From: Bugula neritina
Taxonomy: Eukaryota > Animalia > Bryozoa
Assembly: GCA_964035545.1 (NCBI GenBank)
Contig: OZ037768.1
Span: 5,984,741 to 6,048,740, forward strand
Reading direction: 5' to 3'
DNA length: 64,000 nt
Shown piece after piece: positions 1 to 14,000 of the stretch (positions are counted from its first letter, which is position 1; every line of letters starts with the position of its first letter). Made by a program: the position numbers and the translations under genes. Below the pieces are notes generated by a model that was not told the DNA's origin, searched no databases, and was given only the letters and a program-made list of their open reading frames with translations.

Positions 1-88
1 TGCCAATACTTTTACATGAGTGTATTTTTAACGTCATCCATTTAATAAACCAGCAGTAAAGCCATAAAAAGTCAGAAGTTGTGCTCAC

Positions 89-1601
89 CTGTCTTTATAT
101 AAATGTAGTATTCCCTGTACTCTCTCAACCGAAGGATTACCACAGTAAAAGTCAACAGTACTACTCAACTTGGCCGTAGCAGACTTGGGACGACTCCTTC
201 TGGGGGCTCCTCGCTCAGTATAGGAGTCTGGTGAACCCTGACGAGTGTGAGAGGAGATAATACTATGTATATGCACATGTTATCACACAGAATACTTTGT
301 ATATGTACATGTTATCACACAGAATACTTTGTATATGTACATGTTATCACACAGAATACTATGTATATGCTATCACAATTATAACATACGTAATGAGGAA
401 AGTTCACTTTCTATGTGTTAGCGAGATATGATATAAATTTCAACTGCCTAATACTAATTAATTTATAAATAAAAGATGTTGTAAACATTAAAACTCGCAA
501 TTGAGAAACTGCACCAGCCTATCATTTACCACTTGACTAGATTTTGAATTCCAACACAGATAAAAAATATTTAGTTTTCTAGTTGTCATATAATTCAACT
601 TGCACGTATTATAATACAGCAGCATGCACATCACATTACCCGGGAGGTAGAGGGCTGGGGATCTGTAGGTGAGCTTGCTGACGCTACTGACTTGTGCGCT
701 ACTGCGGCAGCATAACTACCGGGTACTGCATCGCTGTCTGTGCTAGAGCGCAGCGAGTGTCTTTGACTGCTACTTGAGCTTGAACGTGGACTCCCATTCT
801 TTGAAGGCTGACCAGATGCCTTAGTGGTTTCTACAATAAAAACATAATAATTATACGCGATACCCGACTTAGAACACATTTCAAGCATCAGAAGCATTAA
901 GTAACATGATATAATATTTTCATATAGTAAGTAATGCCATGTATGCTAGATACCTGCTATGTTACTAAATGTCATTATTTATAGCATGTGATTGGCCTGA
1001 TAAAAAAATGTCACATGATTCAATTTATTGTATGAATTAAGAACACTTGCTGACTTGATGCCTCTAGCACATTTGATTCTTTACCCTACCATTAAAGACT
1101 AAAGTCTCGACTGTCACTTCATCAATTTGTCTACACCCTCTGATTTCTTCTGTTGTGCCACCATTTACTTTCTCTGCTTCGCTAGTGTCTTCCATATCCA
1201 GGAAAAAATTTGGAGCTATAAGTTATAAATATTCAAAATACATACTTTGACATTATAATAGTACGCATAAATCAAATATTTATATAATTCACTGAGTGCC
1301 TTTTTGAGAGTACAGTTTTATTTATTTAAAATTCAACAGAAAATACCATTGAAAATTGTTGTATAAATTACATTAGACATATAATTTAAAAATAGTCATG
1401 GCTTTAGCAACCAATTACTAATTGAAAGATGTCACATGACTACTTATCATATATAACTAGTTGCAATGACATAGATAAGTACTCAATCAAGACACTTGTA
1501 CTAGAATAGAATATTTAGTTACCAGAGTAGTGCAAGTCTAGTTCAGGGGAGTCGTCAATCAATTCTATTCGTATTACAACCAATGTTATACTATTGGTCA
1601 T
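89..1601 (-). CDS. BRAP: BRCA1-associated protein (BRAP/BRAP2/IMP) homolog, first four coding exons; gene continues beyond the left edge
   Basis: Phase-consistent GT-AG exons 1601-1523, 1215-1090, 830-640 and 237-89 translate to MTNSITLVVIRIELIDDSP...GCRQIDEVTVETL...VDFYCGNPSVERVQGILHLYKD. This matches the recalled BRAP N-terminus (MSVSLVVIRLELAEHSP; GRREMTDVIIETM) and the ISFFSGNPSVEIVHGIMHLYK segment before the BRAP2 domain. Confidence 0.9.
259..370. repeat. 32-bp minisatellite, ~3.5 copies, in a BRAP intron
   Basis: Unit GTATATGTACATGTTATCACACAGAATACTTT recurs at 267, 299, 331 and 363. Confidence 0.9.
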
Positions 1602-3288
1602 GACTTTTAACTTGCCAACTGAATAGCACCATCAGGATACCCCCTTATAAAAAGAATCATAAGCAAGTAACAACCTGAAGAATTATAAGCTATAACATTT
1701 TGCATGAATTATTTAGCTGATAAAGGCCACTATAATGTTGAACTCAAAGAAGCAAAAAAACATATGGATTCAACTCTATAACTAGTTTAAGCAATTATCA
1801 ACTTACTTACTTTTCAAAGTGCTTCTAAAATATGCATGTAATGCATGGTTAAAAAGCAAAATACAAAGAAAATAATTATCATTTAGAAAAGAAGGCTAAG
1901 ACTATAAGACAAGGCTAACTGGTGTCAAAGTTGTGGAAGTTCTGATAGACTGCATAATGTTCATAACTTTACCATAATTCACTTTAATACAAAACCATGG
2001 TTTATACAAAAATTATAAAGTTGCATATTGTATAACAACTGAAATAAACTCTAGTTATATTAACTAATTTATATAACTTTAATTCAAGTCAACACTTGCA
2101 ATGCTTAATTAAACATTTAAATATATATATATATAGATTAAAAAGAGTGGTGAGAAGTTCATTTATCAGCAAAAAGTAAATTGGTGAAACTTGATGATAT
2201 AAACTTGCAAATTACACTTTGAAATGTGGTGCAAAGGCTTCAATTTTAAGCCGCCCCTCCCAAGCAGCCCATTTGTCCGTCCACTGCTTAGGCATTAGGC
2301 CATAATCATAATGATTATCATTGTAAATACCATTATCTCATTATTATTATGATAAACTTGAACTGATTATAATAATTATTAAGAGAAAATAAAATTGAAA
2401 TAAAATGAATCATTTTAGAATTTTAAAATGGTAACAAGAGTACTGCTTACAGTTACTATAACTATTACTATAAGTATAACTGTTACTATAAGTATAACTA
2501 TACTTAATCTTATGCTATAAGTACAAGTTAGTACTTTATAATTATAGCGAGCACTAACTTTAAGCAGTACTTATTAAGGTAAACTTACAGGTTATTATTT
2601 AATTTTTCATGAAATAATTATAACATCTTATTATTTTTTATCAGCTACAAATTAATAATAAATATAATTAAAATTAAATAATCATATAAATATAACAACA
2701 ATCATTAATGATTAACTGATTGATTATGATTCATTGAAATAAATTTATTTATAAATATTAAATTTAATATTCATCAAATCAAAACATTTGGTTTTACATT
2801 CACATTATCATTGTTAACTTTCAATAAATGTAATGCTAATACAGTAAGTAATACTAATAGTAATTTATCATTCATGTTCAGAATCACTATCACTATCAGA
2901 TCCTCCTAATTCTACACACAAAAAATCATCACAATCACAATGACCATGGGCATGTGAATGTGAATTTCAATTTCGAATTCAATTATTTAAATTTTATAAC
3001 CATTTAATCTTAAGATTTAAAACCAATAAACTAAAACTTAAAAACCACTGTTTACAGTTTAAAAATAAACTAAAAGTGAATCAAAATGAAAATTCACACA
3101 TTGACATAAACTTAACGTAATACTGATACTCATCCTGATGTGATACTCGTACTGATAACATTAACACAACGATTCTTCAGCTTAAAAATGGTAACAACAT
3201 GGTCGTGTTAGCAGAGCCATTTTGCAATTTTGCATTATAAGACGTTAGACATAACCTTTTAGTTTTAAAATTGTAGCAACCAACTCAC

Positions 3289-4010
3289 AGTAGACGTTAT
3301 TTTTATGGCAGAAGTTGTTCAACAAATCAATCTCGGTGAAGTCATTGATTGAGTAGTACATAAACTCTGGAAATTTTCTTGCGGCAGGGTCGCATCATCT
3401 CTTTTAAGAAGACAACTCTATAAATAACACTCCGTGATTCGGACTTGTACTTCTTTAGATAATAATTTGTTGGTGCTACATTTAATATATCATAATCGAA
3501 TTAAAATCAAATTTGGCAGAATAACAATGTACTTATAACCTAAAAATAATATGCTGTAGCATAATTTTAAAATTGCATATTACTATTTAGTTCAAAAAAT
3601 TAATCAATTAAATTCATCAATACGATTTAAAGAACGGCCAGAGAGGTTAAAGGACACAACAGCCAAGAAATAGCAAAGTGTTGCAACACGTATGTTAAAC
3701 CGTAATAAAGTATTATGAGAGTCGATTTTACCAAAGAACGCAAACACTCCAGCAAAATACACCAGTACAAAATCTTAACGTTTTACGCGCGTACTTGCTC
3801 TCGTGTGCGCTTTTATTACAATTAATATTATAATTATCGTTACAACTTGCCGTACTTATATAATAACTGCTCACCCAAAGCAGTTCCAAACCACCAAATA
3901 TTCAACAACAGTAATTGCTCTGTTGACCATGCAATTAAAGTAGGCCTAAGCACAAGGTAAAAACTACGTTGAGTGAGAGTGTTGGCCAAAAGAAAAAGCG
4001 TATTGGTGAG
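3289..4010. promoter_or_regulatory. Putative bidirectional promoter and non-coding first exons of BRAP (-) and the PX-SH3-SH2 adaptor (+)
   Basis: Both first coding exons have an upstream splice acceptor (1619-1620 minus; 5073-5074 plus), so untranslated first exons must lie between them. There is a minus-strand donor GTGAGT at 3288 and plus-strand donors AG|GTAAAA (~3957) and G|GTGAGT (~4006). The region is locally CpG-enriched (TACGCGCGTA ~3784) and flanked by very AT-rich DNA. Confidence 0.5.
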
Positions 4011-5099
4011 TTGACCTACATTATCATTAAGTTTAACTTTGAGACTTAAGTATTTATCAATATCATTATCATTATGATTATCATAGGGATAATTGTTACC
4101 ATTACATTTACTATACTCATGATGATAATAATAATCGTTTTCATAGTATTAGTAAGATTAAATACAATTCAATAAAGTTTATAAATATACTAATCATTGT
4201 TATTATCTTGTTGATAAAATTAAATCTAAAAGTAAATGTGTAGGTTATATAGCTGACTTGCTTTTTTAACGTAAAATTCACAAATGGTATAATTCTACAA
4301 ATTAATTTTATACTATTACCTATCACTATCTGTTTTCACATTTAGTTTCACTGTATGCAATTATCATAATCATTATGATTATACATTCACATTGTACGAC
4401 TATAAGTATAACTATCACTATAAGTTAGAATCCTGTAAATGTAAACTCTACTGTTAGTTTTATGAAAACTATATGTTTTACAGTTTTTAAGGTTTAGTAT
4501 CTATACATACATCTATAGATGAATTTTACAGTTTAACTTTTATAGTCAGATTAAACAACTTGCTCATTTTAAGTGTAAATAATTCTCTCATCAACATTGG
4601 TTAACTGAAAGTTTCACTTTGTTATAGTCCTAATTTGACAAAAGTAGCCTTACCTATAAGTCTGTATGTACACTTGATTACAAACTTCTACAAGTTTCTA
4701 AAGCTAAATATTATGTATTGATTGTAAGTGTACCTGTAATAACTCTGTCATATATCTTTGTACTTATATACATTACATAAATCAGACTCATACCTAAACT
4801 GCATATGCTTTATATAAAAGTTGTAGAAATGTGAAATGCTAGCATTTCTCGATTAAGATTTTATTGATTACAAAAATTTCTTGAATGCTTTCATATTATT
4901 TATACAATTTTTTTGAAGACCTACATCTATTTAGGTAATTTGAATATAAAATGCTTGCTCATAAACATACTTTCTATATCTTCTTATTGAGTGTGTAAAG
5001 TATTAGAATTTCATGGCTTTTTATTTATGTTGTCACTTGGTTATTGAATCTACCGTGACTTGACTTCATTACAGCTGATGTATACTTAACTCAGCAATT

Positions 5100-8000
5100 A
5101 TGGCGTATAAACATTTATCTTCAGTCGAATGTATATCCATTGAAAAACGAGGATTTATACCAAACAGATATTATGTAAGTTATTTTTAATTTTAATCTTT
5201 AATCTGTAGATAACATGGTGCTTGTACATGTAGATACACATAGTGCACGTACATGTAGGTGCACAGAGTGTATGTATATGTAGATATAAATGGTGTATGT
5301 ATTACAGTGTAATAAGATAATGCTCATTCTTGACAATGTGTCATTTTGGTTAACAAGTCAATAAATGTGCTCAAGTCTCATCAGTTAAAGGGGTGAATAA
5401 TCTGACCATCAGTGCCAAAGTTATAGGAGATTATCCATGTGCCTAGCATTATGTAAAGACAATATTTATAGTTCATTTGCAGTTCCAACAGCAGTGTCTA
5501 TTTAAACACTAATCTATGCTTTATGTAACAATGATGACTTTTTATGTCAAACTTAGTGACTGAGAGTTCAATATAAGGGTTAAGTATCTTTCAGTAAGAA
5601 CTGATGGCCTTTCAACTGTGATAAGATATCAACTTACAGCCTTGTGTTTGAAATGATAGTATTTGCTTTAATCAGCCGTTACTGAGTGCACAGCAGTTTT
5701 TCCTTTAACTTTTCATAGATTTATCTAATCCATGTCATGGCCTTAAGGTTTCCATTAGCTTCAAGTTTACTATCTTTTTGGTGTGTAGGTGTTGTATGGA
5801 TGTAAAAACACAACTAGTTTTACACTCTTGTTCCAAGTTAGGCTGTTACTAGTAGAGGCTTTTTTACAAGCTTTAAATTTTTAGTCCACTTATGTATTTC
5901 TCTCAAAAGAAATGGCATATAGAGTAGTTATCTGTAGTTGAAATGAAATGAAAAAATATTCATACAGCTCAGCTTTGAGATTTTTTTTCAACTTGCTAAG
6001 GGGTGTCAGATTTACAAGTATGCAGCGAGGGATGTTGTGACACTACTACTATGTAAGGTGACATCACAGCATGTATAAAGAATGACCCACATGTTCAGGT
6101 TTCACTACACCTAGTATAATATGCTGGGTGTAGTGAAAGCTGAAGCCTACTGCCTATCTTATTGAAATGAGAAAGACTATTTATTGGCCAACAACTTCCC
6201 ACTCTACTGATGGGCCACTTTGTCTTCGCTAATAGCATTTAGTCTTTTGTGTAAGTTGTGAATGAATGCTATGCTTGGATGACTGAATATGATTTGTAGA
6301 ATAAAAAAAAAACAAAAGAAAGTTTAATCAGCTATTAAATAACATAGCGACCTGGGAAGTATGTGTAGCTGTCTGATACTTGAAATGGTTGATGTTGGAG
6401 TGTTGAAATTTTAATATCATGTCATGTGACTCATTGTGATCTATAGATTGATGATGTCATAAGGCCTAAAGGTGTTCACAATTTACCTATAAAGTTATAT
6501 GTATGAATTCCATAGGTTTACATATTAATAGTGAAGTGGAGTGATGGAGACAAACACCCCATATACAGAAAATACTCTTCATTCTATGACTTTGAGGTAA
6601 CGCACATCTAGTGCACTGCAATCTCTAAACACATGCATAATGGACCCTGTGTAGTTTAGCTTCAGTCATAAATTCTATATAATAACTTTTGGGTGTTGAA
6701 TGGCCTGCTGCGTATAGATGGCCGTCTACTTCCTACTAATATTAACTCTTCTGCATTAGCATAGCACGTAGAAATGATAAGTATACGTTTTTACTATTCC
6801 TGAAGTTAGTTATGTAATGATAAGATTAATTGAGCTATAGTAGGCCAACTGTATTACCATCATCTAAAAAACCACTCACTTCAAGATAGGAGGTCCAATA
6901 TATTTTCCTAATAAACATTTTTGTTTTTCTTTAACTTATCTGAGTAATAATTCATTGGCTACTTTCCATCTTCCTTCAGCAGCACATTGCAAGTCTTAGC
7001 TCAGTAAATTTGGTTGTGGTTGAACCTTGATTAGAAAAAAGCAAAAATTTGTTTTGAGATGATCACATAACCAAACAGTCTTGCAGGGTGTTCTAATACT
7101 GACAGAGAGTGCTAACTGCAATGGGGTTGATGTTTCTATAGGATGATCTGTAAATAGTTGCAAGCTTTTTCAATAAGTTCACCTGCCTAGACAATCTTGT
7201 TAAACTTAAACAGATGGGCAACTAGTTTTTAAGGCTGACCATTGAAATTCCATTGCCTTGAATTATTACAAGGTTTTTTTCTGGTTTTAATATTAACCAG
7301 CTCAACCTTTGAACTTGCAAATATGATATGATGATTTTACAGAAAATGCTTCATGACAGAATTGGTCACAAAAGTAGTATCCCAGAACTGCCTGGTAAGT
7401 ATTGTGTGCTACCATAATATGTAACTGTGTTATGTCTTCATGCACTATAAATAAAAACACTTTTGCATTGTGAAAACATAGTTGCATGTTTTTATAACTT
7501 TGTTATTGTCTCATGACATAATAGAATGTGACTAACTTCCATATTGTTTACTGAATTAGAAGTACTCAACATTATGTAATTCTTATTTATAGATAGAATG
7601 TAATAATAGCAGATTGGGTTGAGTTGTTATCTACACTTCCATATTGTTCACTGAATTAGAAGTACTCAACATTATGTAATTCTTGGCATAGTTTTGGGGA
7701 GTATGAAGTGTGCTCATTCTCTTCTGAAATCATTACTTATTTATAGATATAGAATGTAATAATAGCAGATTGGGTTGAATCCTTATCTACACTCAACTAT
7801 TAGCTAATATTTTAAACTAAAAACAAGCTTATCAAATAGACCAACATTTTTATTGCTGGTAAGTTGGCCAAAGGGAAGCTGCTGTGAATGAGATTTTCTA
7901 TAAACAAGCTTTAGCCAATCAGTGAAGAGTTTGATTAATCACTGTTTACATCATCTATAATTGAAGTTAAAATAATATTAGGGATTCTATATGCACTTCC

Positions 8001-11000
8001 TGTTGCCAAGTGGTCAGAAAACAGCACCAATATTTTTGCTATGCACATCAGCTGCTGTGATGGGGTGATAAGGTGGCAGCGTGGGTTAATAGGGAAAAGT
8101 TATTAACTATAACTTCCTTCATCCCACACCAAAGGTGAATGAGTTGGCATATTTTGTGAGTATTCTACGTCAACTATACATATAAACAACAGCTCAATGC
8201 TATATTCACCACCGCTTGTTGTTTACTTTTAGCCATGAACATTCTGCAGAAAGCATTTAAAATAGAGAAAAACCACATTAGTGAGATAAATGAATTTTGT
8301 ATGGTGAGTGTATCTATAGTTACATGTACACAAATGGAAGTGTTTGCATGAGCATGTCCCATTCCTCATATCTAATCCCTGTTCATGATGATCTAGTACA
8401 GCATGCAAGCTCTGTTACTAATTGCACCTTTGGTTTTCCAAAATGTAAAGTTGTCTGTGCATTTTTTAGAGTATATTGCGGCTTTCGGAGGACATTGTTA
8501 GAAGTGTGGTTGTTTCTTCTTTCTTTGAGGCTTGGGCAACCGACTTTCCCATGGAAGATTCATCTGCAGAAAACAGGTTAAGCATTCTTTTTCCTTTGGG
8601 GAGGGGAGGAGGGAGAGGGTTGAATTGTTATTCAACACCTGTGTACTACAAGTAGACTAGTGTCTTATATCTAATCTAGGTAGTACTGTCTTATATATCA
8701 GCTTCTTTCTATCATCTTTATCAACAAACATTAGCTATTAAAATATAATCAAGAGCATTGTTGGATGTTATCTCTCAAACAGAATTGTATCTTAAGCACC
8801 TGTGAGAATTGTGTGCTGAATGATGTTTGACAATCAGCCATGTATTTCAACTCTGTGTATATATTTAGTTTACTATAGCTATATTGCAAGCACCAAAGAT
8901 AATATGCATTATAGAGTATTTGCAAGTCATGTACTACTGTGGCAGTTGATCTAAATTTAATTATTCATCTCTGAGTTATTCGTGAGCATGTACTAACACA
9001 AGGTTATGTATTCAGCTTTTTGTGTTATTCATGCTTGGCCAGACAGGATGCTGGGGTGTAGCAAACAAAATACTACATCTATCGGCTACGTAATAATACC
9101 CACATGTATGATTTGCTCACTCTAACCTCAATACTATTACATTCTACCAACCTTTACAATAATGTGGCAGAAATGTTTGAACTATCTTTTGTTTCTCAGA
9201 GCTTGCCCATTGGCGTAAAGGAATGTGTGTTATTATTTACTGCTTCATCAATTTTGACTGGTGTCAGATCAAATGCTTGATACACCCGTGTGTTGGTCTC
9301 AGCTAAATTTTTGTGTTGATGCCACAGCACCTGATTGCCCCAGTTTTAATAAGTGAACTACCAACTGAATGTAATGTCTTTCAACTCACAGATACCTGTA
9401 TGTCTAGAGGTTTTGCATCTTACAGTGCTGACTTTTATCTCATAGTATGCTTTTCTAGAAACAGAGCTTAGGAGAGTAATTTCTGGTATTGGTACAATCG
9501 ATCACTTCCCTCTCTGTTTATAGTTTGAATTCTAAAGCCACCTTGTAGTTGACTGTAGTAGTTGTTGTTTGAAATCGCTTTTGTGTACCAGGGCCAGCTG
9601 GATGATAAATTTGAACAATTGTTGTAGACTGCCGGCAAAGAAGAAAGATGCCAAGAAAAAGTTACCAGTAGATTCACCAAATAAAAACACATCTGTAAGT
9701 TGGTAAATAGGGGTTGTCCTCTTTACTAAGACAGTGATAGGACAACTCTAAAATTTTTATCATTTTCTCATTACAATATTATAATGCTTGTTTTCTAATT
9801 TCGTATTTATTTGGTTTGTATTATTAAGCAATAGTTTTATTAATTTAATTTTAGTATATTGAGCAATAATGTATTGAACAATTTTGCAAAAAAATAGTAT
9901 ATAGAACACGGTGCATCATAATATTATAATATATATATAGGAGCCACTCACTGAGCCCATTATACCTTCTGCACCACCGGCTGAGGATATATATGTTCCT
10001 GTTCAAGACTTGTCTGAATTTCGACCTCGTTCAGATTCTGCAGACGACGACCTTCAAGTACAAGTGTACGTCTGCATTATGAACTACCAGCCAGACAGTC
10101 CGAGAGAACTTTCCTTGGTCCAGGGAATGAAGTGCATTGTCCTCGAACGCAATGACGATGGTGAGGAAAAATTGATCTCTCTTCTTTTTTATTTCTCATC
10201 AAGTAAATTGGTAAATAATGATATTTTGTTCACATTTCTTATATGTGATCTGGGAAAGAATAGTCTATGTTTGCGTTATGTAATAATTTTATATTATATT
10301 AAAAATGTAAAAATTTTCACTGATTTATTTACAAATCATGTTTTTTGTAATGTTAATATACACTCCATTCTTGCCAACTGATTAGTTATTTTGAAATTGA
10401 AGTTACTATTTTTGAGCTTTCCTATAGAAAATACATTTATAATTGTTACCAAGCAAATCAATGTTAAACTATAATGAGGCAACTAATTCACTCAATAGTT
10501 TGATTAGCAGTGTGTGATGTCATATGATAAGCTGCCGATGTTTCCAGGTTGGTGGTTTATAATGAGAGAGTCTGACAGACATCAGGGTTACGCTCCCGCC
10601 ACGTTCCTAGTGCCTAGTTCACCAAAGCAGAGTATAGAGAGCGTTTACTCCGAGATACCTCCTCTACTCAACAATAATAATGATGTGGAAGCTGTAGCAA
10701 TGCAGGATCCCAGTAAGTGTGGCGCAGTCACAGTGATGAAAAGGGCGTAAAGCAATAGTTTATATAACAAATAGTAAAATAATAATAAATGCTGGTAGAT
10801 AAGCTGCCTTGAGGGATTAGGTGATTTTTAGTTTCATTATTCAAAACCTATACTTTCTTAACTAGATTTACCGATTTTTTTTCATCTAATTAACCGCACC
10901 ACCTGGTAACAAATTGTATGTTATATTTATAGTTCTAACAGCAAAGGCTGTCTGCTGTTATGAGGCAAAAAGCAAAGACGAGATTTCATATGCTGAAGGG

Positions 11001-14000
11001 GAGGAGCTACACGTGCTGGATATGGATAACAGTGGGTGGTGGAAAGTGAGGTGAGAGCATGTCATGTGTATGGAGACACTCAACCTTCACAGCTATATGC
11101 TGCAATGCAGTCTCTCTTGCATATGTGTATGTTTAATATGGTCTGCGGCTGCTACTGTTGTAATGTTCTCTAAATTCAGAAAGAATTTTCATAGTTTGTT
11201 TATTTTGTGTGTTGGAACAGCTACTTAATTTAAAAAGATCTTGTTTGGCAATTTTGTAAGGAAAAATCTGTCCTCAGTGGGTTTTATGGTTTAAAAGAAA
11301 AATGTTGTTCCTAATGGTAACTTTGCACTTGAAAATTAAGTTCATGATAATTATAGCTTAAAGTTGTATAAAGCTTAAAATGTTAAAACCAAATGTTGAG
11401 TTTTGTCAATTGGAGACAATAGGCTATACAGTTTTGGGTATATAATATGTTGTAATGCTACCGCAAAGTAACACAAATTGCAGTTGCAGTAAATATTTGA
11501 TCAAGTCTTTAATTGATGAAAATTTTAAATTGAAACATTTAATTGTTTATGAGTAATTGACAAATCTTTATTCAAATGTGTTAAAAGTTTAAAGCTCAAA
11601 ATCTTTTTTTATTATTTTGAGTATTTTCAGCAGAAACCTGATGTTGTAGCTATAAATATATCATGTTTACATACGTACGTCAGGAAACTGCATGTTCTGA
11701 TTGTCCAGGGTTGTTGTCACATACCGAGTGGGAGTATAATTACCAGGAACTGTAATTCTCTCTCAGTCTCACATTCAGTTTGATTCTATTTCTGTTACTA
11801 ATAATGACTTAAAGTCTTAGACTATGAGATCGATTACTTATAAGTTGTTACGATACTCGATACTCGTTTGTCAATATAAATCGTGATGAATAAGGTAATA
11901 AATAGAATAGTTTTGTATAGAATCCTGAATGCAGTTGACAAGGGTTTTTAGTAGGTGAAGTTTTCTTTCCCTAAACTAAAACTGCAAACTTTGTTGGACC
12001 AACTACTGGCTATATTATTTAATCTTGAGCAGTAAGTATACAGTACTCTGTACACTGTACAGTGTCTTTGGATTTGTTTCTAATGACTAGAAAATTATCT
12101 GTGCAAGCAGATGAAGTTTAGGGTTTTTAATTCACAATTTTCTTGAACCAAAATTTTTTGTAATTTATTTTTTTTAAAAATTGGTGTTAACAAGAGGTAG
12201 ACATCATTCTATATCAATTAATTTTTCTGATGCACCAAATCCCAAAACCTGTAATGTACAGTAACTCAGAATGATTGTGTAAAGGTCTGCTAAGGCCGAG
12301 CAATGACTCATAAAGGTTAAACAGAAACAAAGTAATGTCTAGTTCATTATTTAAGCTATTTATAATCACAGTGAAACATGTGTTTTGTAATCAAATTTTA
12401 GAATTTATTATAACTGTAACCATATGTTTACAATTTAATTGGCAGTGATGGAATTTTATTGGCATTTTTTCTCTGAAATGTAGCATCACATCTTTACCAA
12501 GATACTTTTTTTATTACTTTCACATTTAATATAATAGTCAAACAAACCAACAGTGTATGATAACTTATTGCAGCTGACCCATGCATACTTTAGCTCTTTT
12601 TGCTTTACATTGCCATCACATATATATGCGCCACAGCTGCAGTAAGCATAAATATCCTGCTGAAGCAACTTAACATATTCTATTTTACCATCTGTATCAT
12701 GTTACTACTGATAAGGGCAGATGCTTATCTTGACAGCACAGTATTAAAACAGAAAAAAGAACAAGTAAATGCTATCAGATAGAGTGAGCAAATTTCCCAC
12801 TCACTTAGTATACAGTCAGCCAGTGAGGCAGCTGGTTAGCGAGTATATAGTGCATCTTACCATACATATAGCATCTTAGTAAAGCAGATTTCTTCTCTTA
12901 CTCAACCTTGATTTGTTAGTATTTACACTGAGTCATAATTGCCGCCTTCAAGACTTTCATTACCTTCTCCTGCTTTCTGGTTGGTTGGTTTGGTTACAGT
13001 TCTGGCAACTGAAGTATTCAATTTGTTGCATTCTTGGTTCCGCTTGAATTGAAGAGATGATTGGTGGGTGAATCAGACTAAGTACTACTGGAGTATGCAA
13101 GCTGTACATATGGTATAACTAGTAATCTCTAGCCTTGACTTTGGTAGATGTCATGGTAAAGTTGGCTTAGTTCCTGCAGTTCATCTTCAACTTGCATCTT
13201 CCTCTGTCACCAGAACTAGCACAGTGTTTATGAGAAATAACTCCCTTTACGCTAGAAAACCACCACCAAGAAGGTATGTGTTTTATATGCATTAATTTGG
13301 ACATTGGAGAAGACGTGGTAAAGATGTACGTTGTGTGCACTCTTTAGATCCTCTTTTAAAGAGTGAATTGTTATTTGAAATGTCACTGTGATATCTTGTA
13401 AGCTGATAGCCCAAACATTTATCACTTTTGCTTAGTATTATCATATGTCATGTGACCTTTCTTTGCACTATATATTGGCTATATGGTTCAAGAAATGTCA
13501 TCATCGGTTATTTTTAATTCAAAATTCAGTAACTTATAAATAACTTTAAACAGGATGTGACTGAGTTTGTGTTATTTATGACTTATCTTGTTTAATTCTA
13601 TCTGTTTACGAATTATTGACATTACTAGTTGATATATAGTGTCAAGAGGTTATGAATCAACACTCTGGATAATTTACATACTGAGTTATACTCTATTATT
13701 CAACATCCTGTAATGCAGTCACAGGTTTAAATGTGAAATAATACTTTCTAGAGATCATTTAATTGCCTCACTTGGGCTCTACTGGTTGTCACATTTATCA
13801 CTTGCTGTTATAATACAGTGACTTCACCATGGGCAGGTTGTTTCAGTATTTTGGATATTGTATTTTCTCCAACAGGCAGCACACTTTAAAGAATATCGAC
13901 AGCGCGTCTGTGAAGGAGCTTGTAGATTCTACTAAATCTGATATAGTAGAAGACAGCGAACCCGCATACGCTACTGTTTCTGACGAGATGGCGGGACGAA

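Noticed and set aside
259-370. CRISPR-like 32-bp repeats (also the 21-bp repeats at 52881-52964)
   Set aside because: The units are head-to-tail with no unique spacers, lie in eukaryotic introns, and have no cas genes nearby.
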